Shown: in pieces, positions 52,463 to 62,507 of the stretch
Position numbering within the stretch: position 1 is the stretch's first letter
Layout: every line of letters starts with the position of its first letter
Assembly: GCA_009840215.1 (NCBI GenBank)
Contig: VXOC01000310.1
Span: 26,831 to 90,830 of the forward strand
Length of the DNA stretch: 64,000 nt
Reading direction: 5' to 3'
Source: Gemmatimonadota bacterium
GTDB lineage: Bacteria > Gemmatimonadota > Gemmatimonadetes > Longimicrobiales > Gaopeijiaceae
The notes under the pieces: model-generated
What the model was told of the DNA's origin: nothing
What the model saw: the letters and a program-made list of their open reading frames with translations, nothing else
The model's database searches: none
Translations under genes and position numbers: made by a program

Positions 52463-53640
52463 GCCGCCCGCCCACCGCCATGCCCGGTGCTGTCCACCAT
52501 CTTCCAGAAGACGATCCCTCCGGCCTGTTGCCCCACCTCTACCTCCGCCACCCGCGAGAAGTCCGCCAGATCGAAGATGTCCACCTTTCCCGGCTCGGCA
52601 CCCACACCCTCCACGGACACGAAGGCGTAGCGGCCATCGGGACTTGTGACGACGCCGTGCGTGACCGTGGTCGAGGAGCGCGCGACAGCCAGCGTCCGGC
52701 CCGTCTCCATGTCGAAGAACTGCACCCCGGCTCCCTGCTTGAGGGTCGCCACCAGCACCGCATCGTCGGGGGTGAGCGCGAGATTGTACGGACCGCGCCC
52801 GGTCCGGAATGTGCGCGCCAGCGACCAGGACTCGCGATCGATCTCCAGGATGCGGTCGCCGCGGTTGCACGCCACCAGGAGGGAGTGGCCGTTCCCGGTC
52901 GGCACCACCCAGGTGGGGGAACAGGTGGGGGGCGTGTGGCCGGCGGAGGCGCCCGCGTTGCCGGCGTGACCGTGCCCGCCTCCGGGCGGGGGTTCGGCGG
53001 GGAGCGCTCCCTCGTGGTCCACCGCGACCGAAAACCGGCGCGAGACCGCGAAGGAGCGGGTGTCGATTTCAACGACCTGGTCGTCCATCATGCACGCCGA
53101 ATAGAGGAAGTTGCCGGCGGCGTCGATGCGGGCGCCGTGCGGCATGGTACAGGTCTCGATCCGCTCGACCTCGATCATGTCGGGGGTGTACACCACCGAG
53201 ACCGACGAGGGCACCATCTCGCCGTGGAGATTGAAGTTGGCCACGAAGGCGTAGAGTCCGTCGGGCGTAAGGTCGAGCGTGGCGGGGAATTGGCCGAGGA
53301 GGATGGGATCGCCGACCAGCGTGTCGGGACCGGCGTGGAACTTCCAGAGCTTGCCGTCGGGCACGCCGTGCCCCGTGGTCATGAAGAGGAAGCGCCCGTC
53401 GGGGGAGATGTTGAGGCCGTGGGGCCCCTCGGTCTCCACCGCGATCTCCCCCACCGGGATCGTGCGGTCGAGGACCGCGCCCGCAGGTCCGAAACGGATG
53501 CGATGGAGGAGATCTTCCGACTCGGCTCCAACGTAGACGTAGTAGTCCGCGCGCGGGGGCTCCTGGGCCGCCGCGGGACCGGCGATTCCCCACGCACCCG
53601 CAATCATCCACACACAGAGGGCATATGGCCACAAGTTCAA
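52417..53640 (-). CDS. YncE/YVTN-type beta-propeller repeat protein (exported)
   Basis: A signal peptide is followed by repeated ..PHG(L/A)..SPDG(R)(F/Y).(F/V).. blades. A His/Gly-rich insert (GGGHGHAGNAGASAGH) is present. Confidence 0.75.
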   Translation of the reverse strand: MNLWPYALCVWMIAGAWGIAGPAAAQEPPRADYYVYVGAESEDLLHRIRFGPAGAVLDRTIPVGEIAVETEGPHGLNISPDGRFLFMTTGHGVPDGKLWKFHAGPDTLVGDPILLGQFPATLDLTPDGLYAFVANFNLHGEMVPSSVSVVYTPDMIEVERIETCTMPHGARIDAAGNFLYSACMMDDQVVEIDTRSFAVSRRFSVAVDHEGALPAEPPPGGGHGHAGNAGASAGHTPPTCSPTWVVPTGNGHSLLVACNRGDRILEIDRESWSLARTFRTGRGPYNLALTPDDAVLVATLKQGAGVQFFDMETGRTLAVARSSTTVTHGVVTSPDGRYAFVSVEGVGAEPGKVDIFDLADFSRVAEVEVGQQAGGIVFWKMVDSTGHGGGRAAQPTGTVMLSSSQEK

Positions 53641-53741
53641 GTGCTATCCTCCATCAGCGGTTGCGACGACCGGCCGGTGCCGGTGGGGAACGGTAGGGAG
53701 GTGTTTTCGGTGAAGGCAAGTAGACGACGGGGCGGTTCGCC

Positions 53742-54962
53742 ATGACCGATCTGTTGTTCGTCGTGGGGGCGGCGCTCGCGGGCTCCTTCATGTGCTCCAT
53801 CCTCGAAGCCGTACTCCTCTCGGTCAGCCACTCCTACATCGCGCTGCTGCAGAGCCGCGGGCACCGCGCGGGCGACATCCTGAACCGGATGAAGCGGGAG
53901 ATCGACGAGCCGATCGCGGCGATCCTCACGCTGAACACCATCGCGCACACGGTGGGCTCGGCCTGGGGCGGGGCCATCGTGGACCGTGTCTACGGCGACT
54001 TCTGGCTCGGCGTCTTCGTGGCGGTGCTCACCTTCGTGGTGCTGGTGGCGTCGGAGATCATTCCCAAGACGCTTGGGGCAACCTTCTGCAACCAGTTGGC
54101 GGCGCCGACCGCGCATCTGCTGCGCTTCCTGGTGATCGTGATGAAGCCGGTGCTCGTTCCGCTCGCGGTCCTGAGCCGCTGGATCAGGCCTGCCGGCACG
54201 TCGCGGGCCGCCATCAGCCGGGCGGAGATCGGGGCGCTGGCGGAGCTCGGGCGGCAGGAGGGAGCGATTGACGAGAACGAGTTCCAGGTGCTGTCCAACG
54301 TCATGCAGCTCGACGAGATCACGGTCGGGGAGGTGATGACGCCACGCATCGACATGGTGGCCGTGCCGGTCGAGGCCACGGTGGCGGATGCCATGGACGT
54401 CATGCTCGATCGCGGCAAGCTCCGCCTTCCGGTCTACGAGGGGAATCTGGACCGGATCGTGGGGATCCTGCTCGCGCGGGATCTCTGGCGTGCCGCCCGC
54501 GAAGGGAGCGAGGGAGTGCGCGAGGTCGCGAGACCGGCACGGTTCGCCCCCGATTCCAAGCCCGTGGAGGAGCTGATCCGGGAAATGCGCGCCCAGCGCA
54601 CCAAGATGATCATCGTGCTGGACGAGTTCGGCGGCACCGCCGGCCTGGTTACCCTGGAGGACCTGATCGAGGAGATCGTCGGGGAGATCCAGGACGAACA
54701 CGAAGGCGATGAACCCCGCGATTTTCGCACCATGGAGGATGGCCGGGTCGTCGTCTGGGGCGGCACGCCGGTCAAGGACGTGCAGGATCGGCTGGGCATC
54801 GAGCTCGGCGAGGAGTTCGACACCATCGGCGGCTACGTATTCGGAGCCCTGGAAGGGGTCGGCAAGGCCGGTGACTCGGTGGACACGCCGGGCGGGCGGT
54901 TCCGGGTTCTTAAGGTAAGCCGGCGGCGCATCGAGTACGTGCTCTTCGATCGACGGGAGTAG
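53742..54962 (+). CDS. CNNM/HlyC-CorC family transporter (DUF21 + CBS pair + CorC_HlyC)
   Basis: ..ILTLNTIAHTVG.. (DUF21), a CBS region, and ..VLDEFGGTAGLVTLEDLIEEIVGEI.. (hallmark). Confidence 0.9.
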   Translation: MTDLLFVVGAALAGSFMCSILEAVLLSVSHSYIALLQSRGHRAGDILNRMKREIDEPIAAILTLNTIAHTVGSAWGGAIVDRVYGDFWLGVFVAVLTFVVLVASEIIPKTLGATFCNQLAAPTAHLLRFLVIVMKPVLVPLAVLSRWIRPAGTSRAAISRAEIGALAELGRQEGAIDENEFQVLSNVMQLDEITVGEVMTPRIDMVAVPVEATVADAMDVMLDRGKLRLPVYEGNLDRIVGILLARDLWRAAREGSEGVREVARPARFAPDSKPVEELIREMRAQRTKMIIVLDEFGGTAGLVTLEDLIEEIVGEIQDEHEGDEPRDFRTMEDGRVVVWGGTPVKDVQDRLGIELGEEFDTIGGYVFGALEGVGKAGDSVDTPGGRFRVLKVSRRRIEYVLFDRRE

Positions 54963-55004
54963 CAACCCCGGCGGGGCCGAACTGCGGATGGCAACCGCCG
55001 GGCG

Positions 55005-55559
55005 TCAGCCCTCCGTGGGTTCCGGGCCGCTCGTGGCCCCCGAGGTCCCGTCGGGCCCGGCCTCTTCAGCCTTTGCCTTCTTCAGCGCTCGCTCCTCCTG
55101 CCAGAACGACACCGCGAGCAGGACCGCGCCACACGAAATCGCCATGTCCGCCACGTTGAAGATGGGCCAGTGCGTGAAGCCGAGGTCGATGGGACCGATG
55201 AAGTCCACCACCCCCTTGTCCCACCTCACGCGGTCGATGAGGTTGCCCAGCGCCCCGGCGATCACCAGGACCAGCGCGGTGAGGCGCAGGTGGTCGCGCT
55301 CGTGCGCCCGCACCAGAAGCGCGACCATGAGGCCGAGCGCGATGAGCGCCACGGGAATGAAGAACCAGCGCGAATCGTCCCCGATCGAAATCCCGAAGGC
55401 GGCACCCGTGTTATGGGCCAGCGTAAGGGGCACGTAGCCGCCCAGAAAGTCGGGTCTGGGCGCACCCTCCAGCACTGCCTCCGCCCAGCGCTTGGTGAGG
55501 ATGTCGGCAAGGAGGATGATCGGCAGGGCGGTGCCGAGAAATGCCAGCTTTCGTTTCAC
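55005..55559 (-). CDS. lspA: lipoprotein signal peptidase II
   Basis: GTG start gives VKRKLAFLG... ..LAHNTGAAFG.., ..GALGNLIDR.. and ..FNVADMAI.. are the LspA catalytic motifs. Confidence 0.9.
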   Translation of the reverse strand: MKRKLAFLGTALPIILLADILTKRWAEAVLEGAPRPDFLGGYVPLTLAHNTGAAFGISIGDDSRWFFIPVALIALGLMVALLVRAHERDHLRLTALVLVIAGALGNLIDRVRWDKGVVDFIGPIDLGFTHWPIFNVADMAISCGAVLLAVSFWQEERALKKAKAEEAGPDGTSGATSGPEPTEG

Positions 55560-55668
55560 GATGATGTGGTCTCCGCTGGTGAGCCGGCACAGGGCCGGTA
55601 CCGGTCTTCCGTCGAGCAGGGGGGATCTTGTCCACCGGCTGCCAGGGCGGGCCGCCTGGTCTGGCGTC

Positions 55669-55716
55669 GTGTCCCGGAGATTCCCCGCAATGCGAGCACG
55701 CGAATTCCCGGGACAC
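55669..55716 (-). terminator. possible hairpin terminator downstream of ssrA
   Basis: gtgtcccggagattc / gaattcccgggacac pairs as 9 + 4 bp with 2 mismatches around an 18-nt loop, 25 nt past the tmRNA 3-prime end. There is no U-tract. Confidence 0.35.
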
Positions 55717-55740
55717 AACACCTGGTGATGACCGGAGAAG

Positions 55741-56094
55741 TGGAGGCGGCGGGAGTCGAACCCGCGTCCGCGAATGAGTCCTTCCAGGCTTCTACGTGCG
55801 TAGATCGCCGTTCGGCTTCGCCTTCGGTGCTGGCCGGCGAACCGCCCGCACCGGGCTAGCTACCTGATGTCTCGTTCCCCGGCTCGGTAGCCCAAACCGG
55901 AGAACCAGCCCGAATCGTCGACGCTCCCGCGGCCCGCCTCGGGCGGGCAGACCGGGAAACGGGTCGCTTGTATCTAAGCGGCCAGAGCCAAGTCAGAGTT
56001 GGCAGTTGTGTGGTTTCCGGGGATGATTAGCGAGGCCCCCGGACCTCGGCACGCAGCTTGGAGTTCCCCAGACACGTCGAAGCCGTGTCGCCCC
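55741..56094 (-). ncRNA. ssrA: tmRNA (SsrA)
   Basis: 5-prime GGGGGCGACACGGCTTCGACG.. and 3-prime ..GCGGGTTCGACTCCCGCCGCCTCCA form a tRNA-Ala-like acceptor with a G3:U pair. The internal tag frame GCC AAC TCT GAC TTG GCT CTG GCC GCT TAG encodes ANSDLALAA. Confidence 0.9.
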
Positions 56095-56106
56095 CATGAA
56101 TGTCAA

Positions 56107-57207
56107 TCAGCGGCCCGCCGGCGCACCCCGGAGCGGATCCGGGTTGGCGCGTGAACCTGTAACGATAAACCCGCCCGGACGCGTCGAAAACCCCCGGCGG
56201 TCCCCGTTGCGGTCCCCCTTGCCGTCCCCGTTGCGGTCCAGATACCGCCCCAGCACTTCGCGCACTTCGAGCAGATCGCGGACCTGGAAGAGACGCTGCC
56301 GGAGACGGCGCCCTTCCGGCAACCCCTTGGTGTACCAGCCCAGGTGCTTGCGGAATTCGCGGACCGCCTTGTCCGCGTCGTCTTCGAAGGCGACTGCATG
56401 CTCCGCGTGCCGGATGCAGATCCGGAAGCGGGTGCGCACGCCGGGTTCCCCCGGCACCGGCTCTCCGTTCAGGGCTGCGCGCGCCTGGTGGAAGAGCCAG
56501 GGCGCGCCGTGACTTCCCCGCGCGATCATGATGCCATCGCACCCGGTCCGCTCCCTCATCCGGCGCGCGTCTTCGCCGGAGCGCACATCGCCGTTGCCGA
56601 TTACAGGCACATCCAGGGCCCGGGTCAGAACCGCGATCTCGTCCCAGCGGGCCCTTCCCGAGTACATGTCGGCGCGGGTGCGGGGGTGAAGCGTCACCAT
56701 GCGGGCCCCCGCGTCCCGACAGGTTCTCCCGATCGCGACCGGATCGCGGGTGGCCTCGTCGAAGCCGGACCGGATCTTGGCGGTGACCGGGAGCGGGGTG
56801 GCGTCGGCGACCGCGCGTACGATCCGCCCGACGAGCGCCAGGTCGCGGAGGCATCCGGATCCCCCGTTGCGCTTGACGACCTTCTTCACCGGACACCCGA
56901 AGTTGATATCCACGAAGTCGGGTTCGTAGACCTCCGTCACGAGGGTGGCCGCCTCGGCCATCGTGCCGGGGTCCGCACCGAAGATCTGGATCCCGATCGG
57001 GCGCTCTTCCTCGTCGAAGCGCAGGTAGTGCGCGGTCCGGCCGCTGCCCCGCACAATCCCCTCGGCGCTCACGAACTCGGTGAGGACGACATCCGCGCCG
57101 AAGCTCCTGCACAACCTCCGGAACGGAGACTCGGAGACTCCGGCCTGGGGCGCCAGAAAGAGGGGCGTCCCGGGGAGGTCGCGAAGCTTGAAGGGCAGTG
57201 TCTTCAT
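56107..57207 (-). CDS. dusB: tRNA-dihydrouridine synthase
   Basis: Internal ATG gives MKTLPFKL... Contains ..LAPQAGVSESPFRRL.., ..DINFGCPVKKV.. (catalytic Cys) and ..VIGNGDV.. Confidence 0.9.
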   Translation of the reverse strand: MKTLPFKLRDLPGTPLFLAPQAGVSESPFRRLCRSFGADVVLTEFVSAEGIVRGSGRTAHYLRFDEEERPIGIQIFGADPGTMAEAATLVTEVYEPDFVDINFGCPVKKVVKRNGGSGCLRDLALVGRIVRAVADATPLPVTAKIRSGFDEATRDPVAIGRTCRDAGARMVTLHPRTRADMYSGRARWDEIAVLTRALDVPVIGNGDVRSGEDARRMRERTGCDGIMIARGSHGAPWLFHQARAALNGEPVPGEPGVRTRFRICIRHAEHAVAFEDDADKAVREFRKHLGWYTKGLPEGRRLRQRLFQVRDLLEVREVLGRYLDRNGDGKGDRNGDRRGFSTRPGGFIVTGSRANPDPLRGAPAGR

Positions 57208-57333
57208 GGTTCCAAGGTAACCGGGTGCGGCGTCGATTGCTGGCCTTCCGCGCCCGCGTCGGATATGTTGCGGCGCCTGTCGACCACGGTCTCCCATCCC
57301 CTGCCCAGAGGCACCCGCCCGGTCCCATCGTCC

Positions 57334-57786
57334 ATGCGCCTTCGCGACTTCTTCACACCGGAACGAGTCGAACTCCACCTGGAGGGAGACACGCGGGACG
57401 AGATCCTCGAGGCGCTCATCTCGCTGCTGGAGGTGGACGATCGGTCGCGCGCCGTTCTTTCGCGAACGCTGCGCCGACGCGAGAACCTCGGCTCGACGGG
57501 CATCGGCCGGGGGATCGCGATCCCCCATTGCCGCTCGCTCGTCGTGACGCGTCTGCACATGGCGTACGGGCGGCACCTGGGCGGCGTGGACTTTCAGTCG
57601 ATCGACGACCGTCCTGCGCGCCACTTCTTCCTGATCGTGGCGCCGCCCCTGGAGGTCGCGGGCCAATACCTGCCCGTGCTGGGAAGGGTGGCCCAGTTCG
57701 CGAAGGAACCGGACACGCCGCGCAGGTTGGCTGAACTGGCGTCCGCCAACGAGTTCTTCGAACTGCTCGACTCGAAGGGAGTGTAG
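57334..57786 (+). CDS. ptsN: PTS EIIA-Ntr-type nitrogen regulatory protein
   Basis: Internal ATG gives MRLRDFFTPERV... ..GSTGIGRGIAIPHCR.. contains the phosphorylatable His motif. Confidence 0.85.
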   Translation: MRLRDFFTPERVELHLEGDTRDEILEALISLLEVDDRSRAVLSRTLRRRENLGSTGIGRGIAIPHCRSLVVTRLHMAYGRHLGGVDFQSIDDRPARHFFLIVAPPLEVAGQYLPVLGRVAQFAKEPDTPRRLAELASANEFFELLDSKGV

Positions 57787-57829
57787 CCGAGTGGTGCCGG
57801 CCTGGACCGGCCAGACCGTTGCCGGCGTC

Positions 57830-58273
57830 CTACCTGGAAACGAACATCCTCAGCGGCAGCGCCCGGCCGCGCCCTTCGATCCACATCTGGACGAAGTAGA
57901 CGCCTGAAAGGACCGGTTTGCCCTCGCGGTCCCGTCCGTCCCAGTACGCTTCGTAGCGGCCCTTGTTGCGGTATTCGAGCTGCAGCAGCGGCAGTCCATC
58001 GCCACCGGGGTAGCGCAACGCGACGGGAGCGGCCACGAACTGCTGGAGGATATTGTAGATGCGCAAGGATACCGTGACCGTCTTCCCTTCCTCGAAGAGC
58101 GGCTCCTCGAGCACGAAGGGAATCCGTGTCTCGGAGCTGAAGGGATTCGGGTAGTTCCGCTCCAGCCGGAAGTCGGGGTCCTTCCCGGCAACCGGCGGGG
58201 GACGTTCCTGGGCGGCCAAAGCGGTGAAGCCACCGGAACAGAGTAGAAGTACGACGCAGAGAATGCGCCTCAC
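57830..58273 (-). CDS. small exported protein consisting almost only of a FlgD-Ig/T9SS-type C-terminal sorting-like domain
   Basis: GTG start gives VRRILCVVLLLCSGGFTALAAQ. ..LERNYPNPFSSETRIPF..VSLRIYN..WDGRDREGKPVLSGVYFV.. is the characteristic pattern. Confidence 0.65.
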   Translation of the reverse strand: MRRILCVVLLLCSGGFTALAAQERPPPVAGKDPDFRLERNYPNPFSSETRIPFVLEEPLFEEGKTVTVSLRIYNILQQFVAAPVALRYPGGDGLPLLQLEYRNKGRYEAYWDGRDREGKPVLSGVYFVQMWIEGRGRALPLRMFVSR

Positions 58274-58367
58274 GATTGTATCCTGCTTTCGGTCAGTAGC
58301 GTTGGTACGTTGGCCCTCCAGGGGCTGGGACCTCAATCGAGCCGTGAGCTTTCGTCCTTGCCCGTAT

Positions 58368-58397
58368 ATCTTACCTATTGGGTACGCCAAAGGTCAA
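58368..58397 (-). promoter_or_regulatory. sigma70-like promoter TTGACC-N18-TAAGAT
   Basis: Minus-strand read: cTTGACCtttggcgtacccaataggTAAGATatac, about 95 nt upstream of the GTG at 58273. Confidence 0.35.
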
Positions 58398-58510
58398 GGA
58401 AAGATCCGGGATGCCGGTCGCCCGCCACCGCAAGGGAGACTGCCGGGCGCGGCACAATCGTCCTGGAGGACACGGGCGCACAACCGTGTTTTCGGAGGAC
58501 GCGGGGCCCG

Positions 58511-60415
58511 TCACCACGCTACCGACTCGGAGACGCGCCGGCCCGAGTCCAGCCGCTGGGTCACGCCCCGTGCGTCGAAGTATGCGAGGATGGGGATCAG
58601 GTGCTTGCGGGTTACCGGAAGCACGCCGCGGAAATCGGCTGGCCCCAGCCCCTCCTGGCCCCCGAGTTCGGCCACGACCCTATGCGCCGCCCGCTCCAGC
58701 GCCGCCGCCTCGACCCAGTAGGTATCGCCGAGGAGGAGGACACTCCCCTCCTCTGCAAGGAAGGCCAGCACCGCACCGGTCCTTGGATGACCCGATACCA
58801 GCGCTGCCACTTCGGATGTCGCGGGACCCTGCAGTCCGGCTTCTCCCAGGGCCTTGAGAAGGCGATTCGACAGCTCCTCCTCCTCCGGCGACAGCGCAGC
58901 CCTGAACTCCGGGAGACGGGCGATCCCACTCTCGATGACCAGGCGTCCCCCTTCCTCGAGGCGGGCCGTCAATCCGTCTGCCAGCCTGGGGTGAGCGTGC
59001 GTGGGCAGTGCCGCGCGAAGGAGCGCGAGCGGAGTCCCCGCGGCCAGCGAATGACGGTCGTGGTAGCGTCGCACCGCCCGCAGTATCCTGTTCATGCCTT
59101 CGGCAGCGATCGCGGCATCGAAGAGAACGCCGCCGAGTCGCCGGAGGTTGTGGCCCCGTGTGTCGAGCGTGCCTCCGCCCCACCCCGCCCGCACCCCGAG
59201 TACGCCCTCGTCCAATCCCTCCCAGCCCGCGAGCACCGCCGCCCCCCAAACCGCCTGTCCGCCACCCTGCGCGAGACCCTCGAGGGCATCGCGTTCACGA
59301 TCCGGCAGCCGCTTCCGCTTTGCGGGCGCGGGTTCGAGGACCACACCGCCCGCAATCGTCGTGACGGGGGAATAGGAACGAATCACGAACCGGTCTCCGC
59401 AGCGCGCGACGAGGGGAGCCTCCAGTCTCAACTGGGCCGGTGCGCCGACTCCGGGCGGCACCTCCTCCGTACCGAAAAGAGCCACGCGGCTCATGACCTC
59501 CACCGTGCCCAGGTGGACCCGGACCCTCTGTCCGTGCTCCAGACGCCACCCGGTCCCCTCCAGGGTACGAATCCGGACCGTCAGCATCCAGGAGGGCGAC
59601 CAGCTCCTGTCCGTGACCAGGACATCGCCGCGGGAGACGAAGCCACGCCGTACCGCCGAGCCCGTCAGGGCAAGGGCGGTCCGCTCCCCGGCGGCGGCGG
59701 CATCGACCTGGGCACCGTGCACCTGAACCGCCCGGACGCGCGCATCATGTCCCCGGGGCAGGACCCGCACGGTTGCACCGCGCCTGATCCTTCCCGACCA
59801 GAGGGTGCCCGTCACAACCGTCCCCGCCCCCTCCATCGCGAAGACCCGGTCGACCGGCAGCCGCGCGAGGTCGTCGGCGGAGCGCTCACGAGCCCGCGCC
59901 GCACACCGAATCAGGGCGGCCGAGAGATCCTGCAGGCCCGCGCCGGTACGCACCGAAGTCGGGATGACCTCCGCGCTCTCGTAGTTCGTATGCTGCAGGG
60001 TTTCCCGCACCTCCTCGGTCACCAGCTCGAGCCACTCGGGGTCGACCAGGTCGGCCTTGGTGACGGCGACCACGAGGCCCTCGACTCCGAGCAGCCTGAC
60101 AATGGCCAGGTGTTCGCGCGTCTGCGGCATCACGCCCTCGTCGGCAGCCACCACCAGGAGCACGAGATCCATCCCGGTCGCCCCGGCCACCATGGTGCGC
60201 ACGAACCCCTCGTGGCCCGGCACATCCACGATTCCGAAGGAGTATCCCCGGGCGGGAGCGTAACGCGCGAACCCGAGTTCGATGGTGATGCCGCGGCGCT
60301 TCTCCTCCGCCAGCCGGTCGGTGTCCACGCCGGTCAGGGCCCCCACCAGCGAGGTCTTCCCGTGATCGATGTGACCCGCGGTGCCCAGAATGAGGCTAGC
60401 TGGTGGGGAGGTCAT
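58511..60415 (-). CDS. selB: selenocysteine-specific translation elongation factor
   Basis: Internal ATG gives [24 protein letters not shown].. with the G domain ([13 protein letters not shown]) and long winged-helix C-terminal domains. 634 aa. tRNA-Sec is in the same window. Confidence 0.9.
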   Translation of the reverse strand: MTSPPASLILGTAGHIDHGKTSLVGALTGVDTDRLAEEKRRGITIELGFARYAPARGYSFGIVDVPGHEGFVRTMVAGATGMDLVLLVVAADEGVMPQTREHLAIVRLLGVEGLVVAVTKADLVDPEWLELVTEEVRETLQHTNYESAEVIPTSVRTGAGLQDLSAALIRCAARARERSADDLARLPVDRVFAMEGAGTVVTGTLWSGRIRRGATVRVLPRGHDARVRAVQVHGAQVDAAAAGERTALALTGSAVRRGFVSRGDVLVTDRSWSPSWMLTVRIRTLEGTGWRLEHGQRVRVHLGTVEVMSRVALFGTEEVPPGVGAPAQLRLEAPLVARCGDRFVIRSYSPVTTIAGGVVLEPAPAKRKRLPDRERDALEGLAQGGGQAVWGAAVLAGWEGLDEGVLGVRAGWGGGTLDTRGHNLRRLGGVLFDAAIAAEGMNRILRAVRRYHDRHSLAAGTPLALLRAALPTHAHPRLADGLTARLEEGGRLVIESGIARLPEFRAALSPEEEELSNRLLKALGEAGLQGPATSEVAALVSGHPRTGAVLAFLAEEGSVLLLGDTYWVEAAALERAAHRVVAELGGQEGLGPADFRGVLPVTRKHLIPILAYFDARGVTQRLDSGRRVSESVAW

Positions 60416-61166
60416 CGGGTGCGGCCTGATCGGGTGGGTCGAGGAATCGGAACGAGCCGAGGCGGCGGCCGCCCAGCATGTGTAAGGTGGTGAAATCGTC
60501 CAGCAGCGACAGGTGGGCCCGGGATCCACGCAGGTCGGAGGGCACCCTGCCTTCGAGCAGTCTGCGCAGCTGGGCCCGCGCAACCGGACCGATTCTGCGG
60601 GAACCCTGCGGCGCCGGGCACCGAGGGTCGCGTACGCCTCCGGCGGCCAGATCGAAGCGCCCCATGTCACCGGGTTCGAGGACTTCACCGCACGCGATAC
60701 AGACAGCGAGTTCGGGACCGAAGCCGAGGACCTTCACCATCTTCCACCCGAGGGCAAGGACTTCGCCGTGCACGCCCGGCGGCGAGACCGCTTCCAGTCG
60801 GTCGAGACCCGCCGAAAGCGCGTCGTAGAGTTCGGCGTGGGGCTCCTGGCCGGCGTGCTTCAGAACGAGTTCGGCGGCGATCGACGCCCCGGCCAGGCGC
60901 GGGAGGTGTCCGGCCAGCCCGAAGCGCGTCCTGACCGGGGTGAATTCCCGGAGCGACTGAAGCTCCCGATTCTCGCGAACGGCGATCTCGGCGACCCCTT
61001 CTCCGAAGGTCCCCGGCGACCCGCGACCCTTCGACGCGCCCTTTCTGATGCCGTGGGCCATGACGCCCACCAGCCCCAGCTCGCGGGTGTAGAACCTCAG
61101 CACGCGGCTGCTCTCGGAATACGGATGCGCCCTGAGAAGTACAGCCGGCGTCGTTACGGTGGGCAT
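60396..61166 (-). CDS. recO: DNA repair protein RecO
   Basis: Internal ATG gives MPTVTTPAVLLRAHPYSESSRVLRFYTRELGLV.. (OB-fold N-terminus) with the Cys motif ..CIACGEV.. It overlaps the selB start by 20 nt. Confidence 0.9.
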   Translation of the reverse strand: MPTVTTPAVLLRAHPYSESSRVLRFYTRELGLVGVMAHGIRKGASKGRGSPGTFGEGVAEIAVRENRELQSLREFTPVRTRFGLAGHLPRLAGASIAAELVLKHAGQEPHAELYDALSAGLDRLEAVSPPGVHGEVLALGWKMVKVLGFGPELAVCIACGEVLEPGDMGRFDLAAGGVRDPRCPAPQGSRRIGPVARAQLRRLLEGRVPSDLRGSRAHLSLLDDFTTLHMLGGRRLGSFRFLDPPDQAAPDDLPTS

Positions 61167-61275
61167 GTCCGGCAATCCGTGGATGAAGCCCGGACACCGT
61201 GAGCGGGGAGGCGCCGGAATGGCAGGACAAAGCGGGCTTCGCGCGGCGGCTGGCAGCTGTCGCCCGGCCGAGGGG

Positions 61276-62457
61276 TCACGGGTCCAGCTCTTCGAGGAGA
61301 CGCATGCGTCGGCTTTCGTAGTCCTCCCGGCGAACCCGGCCGGCTCCGCGCTCCTCGTCGAGTCTCGCGACCGCGACGAGCACTTCCTGTCTCGTTCGCC
61401 CGGACGCACTCGGCCGTCGTGCCGACCGCGAGCGCGCCGCCACGAGGGCTCCCGCTCCCGCCAGCGCCAGGGTGAGGAGTACCGCGGCGAGGGATACCGG
61501 CCTCAGCGGCCCTTCGTCTCCCCCCCCTCGATCGACTGAAATCACCGACGGGGCCATGTCGCGGCCGGCGAAGCGACGATAGCTGACGCCTTCAATCTCC
61601 ACCTCCGGCACGCTGAGCAGTCCGGTTACCGCGACCTCGCCCGCCGGCTCACGGACGAGCAGCTCCATGGAGCCGACGGTCCCCTCCATGGGGACGGTGA
61701 AACGATCCGTGGCGATCGTGTAGCGAAACAGGTAGAGGTAGGCCCGCCCGCCGGGCAGTATCGGCGCCGAGACGTGCACGCGTCCCTCGCGGAAGCTCGC
61801 CATGTCCGCCGACAGGTCGCTGGTCCGGCCGACCCGGAAGTCCGTCGCTTCGGGGGGCAGCGCGTGGGACCATGTGGGTCCCTGCTCGCTGGCAACCAGG
61901 GTTGCTCGCGTGTCGTTGCCAAGTTCGAAGTAATCCGCAACCGCCCAGCCGGGCCCCGGATCCAGCGGCTCGGCGAAGAGATTCCGGATCCGGATCCGGG
62001 CTCCCACACCCTGCGCGGCGGGAATGGCCGGGTATGCCTGGATCACGTAGGTGCCGCCGCCGGCCTCCGGTTGCGCGGTGATGGCTTCTCCGACGTAGAG
62101 CACATCCTGGTAGCGGATGGTCGCGAAAAAGACGTCGTCGGTGCCATCGCCGGCCACCTCGGGCAACGGGATCTCGAAGGTGCCGTCCTCGCTCACGGTG
62201 ACGCTGTCGACCTCGCCGGAGGACTGCCTCGACACATGGTGCAGGACGACCGTGCCGCTGTCCGCCGGCAGTTCGCCGATGAGGACCTGGCCCGACAGCA
62301 CACCACCCCGGGGACTTTGCGTGGTGGTATCGGGATCCCGGCTGACCGGAGGATCCTGGCCGGAACCGGCCGCCGGCGAAATCAGCGAAGCCATCAGGAC
62401 CGCACCCAGGAGGAAGGCCGTGGCGATCCACCCGGAAGCAATCCCACCGGATGACAT
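61276..62457 (-). CDS. hypothetical membrane-anchored protein with carboxypeptidase-regulatory-like beta domain
   Basis: N-terminal TM/signal, ..GGVLSGQVLIGELPADSGTVVLHHV.., a C-terminal TM LAAVLLTLALAGAGALV and a charged tail. The start is chosen at ATG 62457. Confidence 0.55.
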   Translation of the reverse strand: MSSGGIASGWIATAFLLGAVLMASLISPAAGSGQDPPVSRDPDTTTQSPRGGVLSGQVLIGELPADSGTVVLHHVSRQSSGEVDSVTVSEDGTFEIPLPEVAGDGTDDVFFATIRYQDVLYVGEAITAQPEAGGGTYVIQAYPAIPAAQGVGARIRIRNLFAEPLDPGPGWAVADYFELGNDTRATLVASEQGPTWSHALPPEATDFRVGRTSDLSADMASFREGRVHVSAPILPGGRAYLYLFRYTIATDRFTVPMEGTVGSMELLVREPAGEVAVTGLLSVPEVEIEGVSYRRFAGRDMAPSVISVDRGGGDEGPLRPVSLAAVLLTLALAGAGALVAARSRSARRPSASGRTRQEVLVAVARLDEERGAGRVRREDYESRRMRLLEELDP

Positions 62458-62507
62458 GGCGGAGCACGTGCGCGGCGGCAGGCGGCCCGGCATCCGCACG
62501 CGCGCCG

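Noticed and set aside
56027-57328. 433-aa ORF in another frame on the minus strand, overlapping dusB and the tmRNA 5-prime end.
   Set aside because: Its composition is Arg/Pro/Gly-rich. The alternative frame (56107..57207) carries all the Dus motifs, and the tmRNA occupies 55741-56094.
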